In this document: positions 26,647-32,123 of the stretch, one piece after another
Layout of the letters: each line of letters starts with the position of its first letter
Position numbering within the stretch: the stretch's first letter is position 1
IMG/VR virus record: IMGVR_UViG_3300005758_001162
Span: 1-32,123 of that record
Origin: a virus
Lineage: Duplodnaviria; Caudoviricetes
Length of the DNA: 32,123 bases
Reading direction: 5' to 3' (one strand)
Notes under the pieces: model-generated
Databases searched by the model: none
What the model was told of the DNA's origin: nothing
The model's input: only the letters and a program-made list of their open reading frames with translations
Program-made: the position numbers and the translations under genes

Positions 26647-27915
26647 ATGGTTTATATTGAAAAATTGCAATCTAGCATGGAGTATCCACACCTTACCTTA
26701 GTGGATTTAGTTTGCAATAATAATACACAGGGACGTAACTATCTAGAAATTTATCCGGCATCGCATTTACTGAAACAGCATGTCGATAAAGATCTCAATG
26801 ATATAAAGCTAGGTCAGATGTACGGTGCCGCTGGAATTCACATTAATGATTTGTTAACAACTGTAAGAGACCTAATAGTTGAAACTACATATCATGATCT
26901 ATTAACCTTGCCTAAAGCAAAGCAGATCAAATTACTAACTAACTATACAGTTATTTTAACTGATATTGAGGAGGGCGGCGCATTTCTAGGCTATATGGGC
27001 CCATGCTTATTGGAACACATTAGAACTTTAAACGTAATACCCAAACAAATTTATTCTCTCAATGCAGGAATTTATCAGAATGATTATCCTGAACTTAATA
27101 TAACTTCATGCTTTATTTCTAGCTGGACTGTTTTAGCAATGCTCAATGATCAATATTTCATTGATCTAATTTTTGATAATGCAAAAAAACAACAAGCCAT
27201 AGATATTCTATCTAAGAAAGAAAAGCTATTTGGGTTGTGTTTAAACAAAAAGCCCAGATACAATCGTGTTAAACTTCTAGCGGAACTTGATAAACGAAAT
27301 TTACTAGAGTTGTTTGATTGGACCTTGCTGTACAGTAGTGAACCTTTAGGTACCGATCAAGACTTTGGAAGTTTCTTAAAAAGCCCAAATAATTTTAGAT
27401 TCAATAATGAACTTGAAACAAGTGGCGATCAGGCTATTCTTACATTTTTAAAGAAACACTCATTGCCTAAATTAATGCCTGATGCAAAACAAAATACGTT
27501 TGGTGACTCAATTGGTGCATCACCAGAATGGGTAGGAAAATATCAGTATTATGTTAGTAACGAAACCTATTGTAACCAAATTCCTACTAGTTTGGGATTT
27601 GTAGGTTTTATAACGGAAAAGACATTTAAAGCAATGTCAATTGGTGCTTATCCTTTTGTGGTAGGTGTTCCAGACTCTGAGAAAAAATTAAAGCAATTAG
27701 GATTTAAGATCAACGACCACGGATACGATCATTTGCAGGGAGCAGAAAGAATTTTAGCCGTATGTGATGTGGTTGAAAATGCTTTTGCAAATCCAACCAC
27801 AACACACGACTTAGTATTACATAACTTTGAATTAATAACTAATCTGAATTTCTTAGTAGGATTAATTACTAACCCTATTAAAGAAATTGTTAGCCTTCAT
27901 AGACAGCAGAGTTAG
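26647..27915 (+). CDS. hypothetical protein with a glycosyltransferase (GT10-like) C-terminus
   Basis: CLN...R..R..L ... V.NET ... FITEKTFK......PF.V.G ... L...GF...D..YD. TAAATA is 6 nt upstream of ATG. Confidence 0.55.
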   Translation: MVYIEKLQSSMEYPHLTLVDLVCNNNTQGRNYLEIYPASHLLKQHVDKDLNDIKLGQMYGAAGIHINDLLTTVRDLIVETTYHDLLTLPKAKQIKLLTNYTVILTDIEEGGAFLGYMGPCLLEHIRTLNVIPKQIYSLNAGIYQNDYPELNITSCFISSWTVLAMLNDQYFIDLIFDNAKKQQAIDILSKKEKLFGLCLNKKPRYNRVKLLAELDKRNLLELFDWTLLYSSEPLGTDQDFGSFLKSPNNFRFNNELETSGDQAILTFLKKHSLPKLMPDAKQNTFGDSIGASPEWVGKYQYYVSNETYCNQIPTSLGFVGFITEKTFKAMSIGAYPFVVGVPDSEKKLKQLGFKINDHGYDHLQGAERILAVCDVVENAFANPTTTHDLVLHNFELITNLNFLVGLITNPIKEIVSLHRQQS

Positions 27916-28450
27916 CACTATGCTCAAAAACTTCTGCACTACGCAGACGTACACCCTGTCCTACCGGATAGCGGCAACTGAATGATTTGCCGTTAGGTAA
28001 AGTATAGCTTTCACCGCGCTGATAAGTTTCTAGTATTTCCTGCATGGTCTTGTATGCAAGTTCTGCAAACTTTTCACAACCTACACCTTCAACAATACGG
28101 ATATCGCACACCGCACCGCGAACGTTTGGAATAGGACTTGCTGGGTCATTCTCACCGTTGATAGTAACCAAATCATTCATCTGCTTGAAGAATGGTAGAT
28201 GAGGATCATCTTGGGCAATAATCATAGTGTGGTCGAACATGTACTCGCTCCACTCCTTGAATGCCTTAAGACCACCAAAGTCCATAACCCAATTACGGTC
28301 GTCTAGTGTTTCACTTTCAAAGATTAGCTTGATGCCAATCGAATAACCATGTATTAGACTACAATGACTGTGGGTTGAACGCCACTGTCGGAATGTGCAG
28401 CTTAGGCCTCTGTCGTTGCCGTATGTTTTAGTAGATAGATATTTTGCCAT
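27890..28450 (-). CDS. queD: 6-carboxy-tetrahydropterin / 6-pyruvoyl-tetrahydropterin synthase (QueD-like)
   Basis: SHCSLIHGY, WVMDFG.LK, FDH, GCE.FA and V.EH..NSA.Y. Confidence 0.85.
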   Translation of the reverse strand: MAKYLSTKTYGNDRGLSCTFRQWRSTHSHCSLIHGYSIGIKLIFESETLDDRNWVMDFGGLKAFKEWSEYMFDHTMIIAQDDPHLPFFKQMNDLVTINGENDPASPIPNVRGAVCDIRIVEGVGCEKFAELAYKTMQEILETYQRGESYTLPNGKSFSCRYPVGQGVRLRSAEVFEHSANSAVYEG

Positions 28451-28476
28451 TGTTTATTCTCCTAACTTGAATAGCA

Positions 28477-28525
28477 ATGACACGCAGAATATTTAAAGAG
28501 GGATGAGCGTCAATAAAGTCCTCTA
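28477..28525 (-). ncRNA. candidate preQ1-I-like pseudoknot leader
   Basis: AGAGG-loop-CCCUCU-UUAAAUAUUCU-GCGUGUCA, with the loop UGACGC able to pair with the 3' tail. It lies directly upstream of queD. Confidence 0.45.
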
Positions 28526-28533
28526 TACTTTAT

Positions 28534-28561
28534 ATTATATATCATCCCTCTGTTTTGTCAA
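28534..28561 (-). promoter_or_regulatory. TTGACA-N16-TATAAT promoter of queD
   Basis: attata 28534-28539 and tgtcaa 28556-28561. Confidence 0.7.
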
Positions 28562-28574
28562 GTATTTTTTTAGG

Positions 28575-28688
28575 TTACTTCTTTAGCATTCCTAAAACTT
28601 TTTCTTTTACCATCTTTGCCCAAAATGGTTCTGGGAAATGCCAACCAACAAATGCGCCGACCAAAATCCAAAACAATGTATCTAACAT
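28575..28688 (-). CDS. 37-aa single-TM small protein (not in ORF track)
   Basis: AGGAG SD, then MLDTLFWILVGAFVGWHFPEPFWAKMVKEKVLGMLKK*. It fills the gap between the nuclease and the queD promoter. Confidence 0.75.
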   Translation of the reverse strand: MLDTLFWILVGAFVGWHFPEPFWAKMVKEKVLGMLKK

Positions 28689-28704
28689 GGTATACTCCTA
28701 TAGA

Positions 28705-29160
28705 TTAATTACACCAGCTGGTCTTTGCTTCGCCGTAATATTCGCGAGCATAGCCTTTTGTGATTAGAAGTTTTCTCAAACTCTGACCATCAATGATAAC
28801 GTCTCCTAGTACGCGACCGCCATATTTGTCCCAATCCATTAGAACAATTTGTAGTTTCTTAGCATTTGCGATTGAGTCCTTGGTAAAGGAAGTTGCTGCC
28901 TGACCTAACTTATCTTCCGCTGGACATTTAGCACGGAAACTTTTTTCTGGTGTGTCTACACCAAATACTCGGATACTTAATTCTTTCTTAAGTGGATCAG
29001 GCAACCAAGGTGCTGCAAACGCAACTGTGTCACCGTCAATAACTCTAAGTACGGTAGCATCGTATGTTACACCTGCTTTCTGTTTGCCTTCGCTTACTTG
29101 TGCAAATGATGCTGTTGAAGCAAACATTAAAACTAATGCTGCCGTTAAAAATTTAGTCAT
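28705..29160 (-). CDS. thermonuclease (SNase-like) with signal peptide
   Basis: RVIDGDT, IR..GVDTPE and DKYGGRVL, plus an N-terminal signal sequence. Confidence 0.9.
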   Translation of the reverse strand: MTKFLTAALVLMFASTASFAQVSEGKQKAGVTYDATVLRVIDGDTVAFAAPWLPDPLKKELSIRVFGVDTPEKSFRAKCPAEDKLGQAATSFTKDSIANAKKLQIVLMDWDKYGGRVLGDVIIDGQSLRKLLITKGYAREYYGEAKTSWCN

Positions 29161-29165
29161 AAAAA

Positions 29166-29211
29166 ACCCCTGTGTTAGTGCTTATGTAGTATTTAGCAAA
29201 AACACAGGGGT
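29166..29211 (-). promoter_or_regulatory. RBS-sequestering inverted repeat with a late promoter in its loop
   Basis: 11-bp IR ACCCCTGTGTT/AACACAGGGGT, with TAAATA (29190-29195) between the arms. Confidence 0.65.
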
Positions 29212-29216
29212 CAGGA

Positions 29217-29750
29217 TTAACCGTGTCTGTAAAAGATATGGTTTCCTATATGTGCTGTACGAGTCAACCGTCTCCAGCCCGGATTTATGCTTCTTTCATG
29301 AAAGAACATTGCTCCGTGTGTAGGATCCTTAACGATATTCTCCATAACTAGCAGAGCAATTTTTAAACTTTTCTGCCAGTTTTTGTTGTATTCTTTGTTT
29401 GGTACTTTATCTGATCTGCCGTCACAGGTCCAACTGAATTGACATGATCTACCATACCGTTGATATACAACATTACAGATATCATTAGGGTACCGTGGAC
29501 TTTTTGCGCGATTTAGGGTAACGTGACCAACAGCCGCCTTACCTTTATCACTTTCACCACCTGCTTCATAGTAAATGTTCTTTGCTAAACATAGAAGCTC
29601 TCGACGGTTGTCGTGTGTTTCTTTATTAGCAACTAGATTTACATGACTAGGTGCTGCTGCTAACGCATTAGTTGACGCAAACAAAACTCCAATGGTTAAA
29701 GCCGCGACAACATTTCTAATGGTTAGACTAATGCCTTGTTTAAGGGACAT
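29217..29750 (-). CDS. SleB/Hydrolase_2 cell wall hydrolase
   Basis: CLAKNIYYEA.GE...G..AV..V.LNR, C.VVYQ, QFSW, DPT.GA.FFH and IG.H.FY, with an N-terminal signal/TM. Confidence 0.92.
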   Translation of the reverse strand: MSLKQGISLTIRNVVAALTIGVLFASTNALAAAPSHVNLVANKETHDNRRELLCLAKNIYYEAGGESDKGKAAVGHVTLNRAKSPRYPNDICNVVYQRYGRSCQFSWTCDGRSDKVPNKEYNKNWQKSLKIALLVMENIVKDPTHGAMFFHERSINPGWRRLTRTAHIGNHIFYRHG

Positions 29751-29781
29751 TACTCCTCCTCCTTATTAATGTTTGTTCGCC

Positions 29782-30117
29782 TTACTTAAAAAATATGAGT
29801 GCCATTAACAGGGACTGACCAATAAAGCCAAATCCTAAAATAATCAATGCAACCATGTTCTTTTCTAGCAATGCTTTTAGATAGAAAAGACCCATAGCTA
29901 CCCACAGAATGATTACCATGTCAATGGGCGGTGTGTTATCTGTGAGACCGCTCATCAGCCCAAGTAAGGAAGGGACTGTAACGGCTTGTAGTGCAACTAG
30001 AGCAGTCCAGCCGAGTGTATCAACTGTAACCTGCCTAATTACGCTATTAAAGTCGGCTGCAAGTTTCTTACCAAGTGTCTTAAGACCAGCTTCGATGTTA
30101 TTAAAAATGTCTTTCAT
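29782..30117 (-). CDS. three-TM membrane protein
   Basis: Three hydrophobic helices, located between two hydrolases. Confidence 0.75.
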   Translation of the reverse strand: MKDIFNNIEAGLKTLGKKLAADFNSVIRQVTVDTLGWTALVALQAVTVPSLLGLMSGLTDNTPPIDMVIILWVAMGLFYLKALLEKNMVALIILGFGFIGQSLLMALIFFK

Positions 30118-30120
30118 AAC

Positions 30121-30654
30121 TTATCCTTTGTAAAAAATATGACGGCCAATTTTTGTAATTTTCTTTTTGTTCCAACCAGGGTTTACATAGTCTGCATGAT
30201 AATATAGAGCATTTGAAAGTGACTCTAGCTTAAAGTTTTCTACATAAACCATTTTTGCAACTTTATAACTTTCTTCATAGAGCGCATCATCTATTCTCAT
30301 TGTTCTGTGACGACGATCACAGTACCAACTAAATTGACAAACAACCCGGTCCATGAATACATTCTTTTGATAAACTACACCACATACGGTGCTAGGAAAA
30401 TCAGGACTCTTAGTTCGATTAAGTGTTACCTGTGCAACACCAACTTTGCCTTCAAACGGCTCATTGGCTGCTTCTCTATAAATGTTTATAGCAAGACAGT
30501 CCAGATCCTTTTCAATTTGTTCAGCTGATGCTCCACTGAAACCAGGCTTTTCAAAAGATGCAAACTTAACTGATGTCATTGCACCGGTCAGTAAAATCAC
30601 AAACATCAATCCTATTGCTAAGTTGATGCCGCGCATCGAATGTTTCATTATCAT
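30121..30654 (-). CDS. SleB/Hydrolase_2 cell wall hydrolase (second paralogue)
   Basis: CLAINIYREA..E...G...VAQV.LNR, CGVVYQ, CQFSW, ALYYHADYV.P.W and IG.HIFY, with an N-terminal TM. Confidence 0.92.
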   Translation of the reverse strand: MIMKHSMRGINLAIGLMFVILLTGAMTSVKFASFEKPGFSGASAEQIEKDLDCLAINIYREAANEPFEGKVGVAQVTLNRTKSPDFPSTVCGVVYQKNVFMDRVVCQFSWYCDRRHRTMRIDDALYEESYKVAKMVYVENFKLESLSNALYYHADYVNPGWNKKKITKIGRHIFYKG

Positions 30655-30729
30655 ATCTTTCTCTCCTTAGGGGCAAATGCCTTGTCGTAGATAGGTATAC
30701 ATTTACGAAAACCATTTTCGTATTAACTT

Positions 30730-30758
30730 ATTATACTGCGGTGTCTCAGTTATGTCAA
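30730..30758 (-). promoter_or_regulatory. TTGACA-N17-TATAAT promoter
   Basis: Exact consensus. A leader hairpin TACGAAAA-TGG-TTTTCGTA follows, and a degenerate 14-bp motif lies at 30776-30789. Confidence 0.75.
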
Positions 30759-30797
30759 TATCTAAATTAGCTTAGTTTTCAATGACTTATAAAGTTT

Positions 30798-31085
30798 TTA
30801 TGCTAATTTAATAGAGGACGTAGCCTCTACATACGCCTTCGCAATCTCCTTGTCAGTCGGGGCGTATGCAATAACTGTATTTCTATTTAGCTTTGTGATG
30901 TCTGGCTGTGTTGTCATCATCCAGGGAACAATACCCATTCCCTGATTGCCCATTGCTAGTGTGCAGGGCTTTTTAAGAAGTAATTCTGAGTCAGTAATAG
31001 ATTCAAATCTTCCTAAAATTTCTTCTCCGGTAATTAGTTTTACACTTACTATATCACCTTGATCTAATGGTTTTTGAATTAACAT
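30798..31085 (-). CDS. conserved phage protein (Sm-like fold)
   Basis: GDIVS.KLITGEE..G ... L.KP ... PW ... Y...TS.I pattern. TAAATA at 31114-31119. Confidence 0.7.
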   Translation of the reverse strand: MLIQKPLDQGDIVSVKLITGEEILGRFESITDSELLLKKPCTLAMGNQGMGIVPWMMTTQPDITKLNRNTVIAYAPTDKEIAKAYVEATSSIKLA

Positions 31086-31254
31086 ATATTTTTATTTGCC
31101 TTTGTACTATTAATATTTAACAGAAAAACTGTTTTTTGTCTACTGTTTAGTGATGCTATATCCTGCGCTTAGTCGCGTTTTTAACACAACTCGTCCATTG
31201 ACAGGAAAAATATGGTGTTTTTAGGTATTTTTTTTCTTTCTTTGTTAAATAAAA

Positions 31255-31386
31255 GTGTGAACAGATACATGTGAGTCTAACAAGTTATAAAAACCCGCGT
31301 CCCTCTTAGTATACGCTATATAGTGCAAGAGAACTGCACAGACTGTTCGCAACGTTAGATATGGTAGGCGCCTACCATATCATTTT
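31255..31386 (+). ncRNA. candidate late-promoter-driven structured RNA
   Basis: TAAATA 31246-31251, closing stem GTGAACAG/CTGTTCGC, two internal hairpins, and a terminal 24-bp palindrome plus T-run, all in a 330-bp ORF-free gap. Confidence 0.35.
31358..31381. terminator. perfect 24-bp palindrome, probable terminator
   Basis: GATATGGTAGGCGCCTACCATATC followed by ATTTT on the + strand. Confidence 0.6.
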
Positions 31387-31418
31387 ATATGAAACACCAG
31401 TTAAGGTCAACATTGACC

Positions 31419-32123
31419 TTACAGTACTATCGTTTCTTCTTTTATATCCACAGGAATACCAAACGAACCCGCGAGTTGTTTCATTGCATCAACTCTAGAT
31501 GTTGTGTCGCGGCTACTATGCAAGTGAACTATATTTGCGTCGTCTAGACTGCACCCGTTCCATTCTTCTGCAAATGGTATATTTAGATTAAAAATTTGAA
31601 AAGCCATCGTTGGATCTAGCACTTGTGAAACATCCATACCTTGGCTCCATAATTGATAGTTGTGAATCAACTGCCCCCAACTCCAATCATTTTCCGCATG
31701 AGTAAACCATTTATCCATAAGTCTCTCACCTAGGTCCCAAACAGCTGGATTCATAGTTGCTGGATAGTATCGTACATCATCGTTAAAATAATGAGGTATT
31801 TCGTCGTGTGTTTTTGGATCAGTATAGTTAAACATCATCATGTTATCATACTTGCCAAAAACTTCTGTTGGCTTAAGAAACATAGTATCTGCGCCCATAC
31901 ATAAAATATTGCAGGGTTCCTTGTGCCATAATTCTTTGATCATGTACCAATGTGCAATTTGATATGCTCTCGAGTCTAGTACCGGCGCGGTAAATTTAAT
32001 TTCTTCCCAGTCGCCTTGTAGATAAGTTCGTGCGCTGCTTCTGCTTATTGCATACATGTTTTCATAGTCAACAAGATCTCGTGCAGCCCTAGGATTATCC
32101 CCAGTTCCTTTCCAATAGCCCCA
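31419..32123 (-). CDS. putative GT-A nucleotide-diphospho-sugar transferase (5' end outside window)
   Basis: The frame is open from the window edge (WGYWKGTGDNPRAARDLVDYENMYA...). ILCMGADT.F (DxD-like), FN..V.Y and IVHLHSSR. Confidence 0.55.
   Translation of the reverse strand, partial: WGYWKGTGDNPRAARDLVDYENMYAISRSSARTYLQGDWEEIKFTAPVLDSRAYQIAHWYMIKELWHKEPCNILCMGADTMFLKPTEVFGKYDNMMMFNYTDPKTHDEIPHYFNDDVRYYPATMNPAVWDLGERLMDKWFTHAENDWSWGQLIHNYQLWSQGMDVSQVLDPTMAFQIFNLNIPFAEEWNGCSLDDANIVHLHSSRDTTSRVDAMKQLAGSFGIPVDIKEETIVL

Noticed and set aside
28555-28767. 70-aa plus-strand ORF
   Set aside because: It is antisense to a better-supported 37-aa minus-strand gene with a clear SD.
1995-30670. Other short antisense or overlapping ORFs in the track (e.g. 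2495, 3614, 10028, 12479, 12837, 13036, 16195, 16786, 18041, 18616, 23702, 24478, 28952, 29909, 30307)
   Set aside because: They overlap well-supported genes on the opposite strand or frame, and show no motifs or RBS.
30660-30730. Leader of the SleB gene as a riboswitch
   Set aside because: Only short AT-rich hairpins are present, and the GGCAAA-containing fold would be on the antisense strand.
1-32123. Stop-codon reassignment, tRNA or rRNA genes
   Set aside because: Recognisable genes are full length in the standard code and end in TAA, TAG or TGA. No cloverleaf or T-loop signature was seen in the intergenic gaps by eye.
1-32123. Bacterial chromosome origin (suggested by clpX, clpS, rpsU, sufS, TBDR)
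   Set aside because: The normal bacterial neighbours (clpP/lon, clpA, sufBCD, dnaG) are missing. The genes are embedded among dense small phage-type ORFs, T4-like late boxes and fibre genes.

Overview
This window is a 32-kb slice of a large lytic dsDNA bacteriophage genome (T4-like or jumbo myovirus style), probably infecting a proteobacterium. The host call is inferred from a ROSE-like thermometer, a TonB-dependent receptor, SleB hydrolases and sigma70-type promoters. Most genes are on the minus strand. Small early-type ORFs sit behind a repeated promoter/leader/terminator cassette. The few plus-strand units each follow a T4-late-like TAAATA box: tail-fibre-like protein plus adhesin, GNAT, Fe/2OG oxygenase fusion, and a GT-like protein. 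Host-like auxiliary genes are abundant: ClpX, ClpS, Hsp20, bS21, peroxiredoxin, SufS-type desulfurase, QueD-like protein, TonB-dependent receptor, Mesh1/SpoT-type HD hydrolase, two cytidylyltransferases, two SleB hydrolases and a thermonuclease. The best leads are: (i) an Fe/2OG enzyme with an HxG (halogenase-type) facial triad; (ii) a preQ1-I-like pseudoknot leader upstream of queD; (iii) a ROSE-like RNA thermometer on hsp20; (iv) an A9 slippage site joining two ORFs into one ~490-aa membrane protein; (v) the repeated early cassette with a conserved 14-bp motif; (vi) a candidate late ncRNA; and (vii) several leaderless or RBS-sequestered genes. All family calls come from recognising motifs by eye; no database searches were run. 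No tRNA, rRNA, CRISPR array or integrase was seen.
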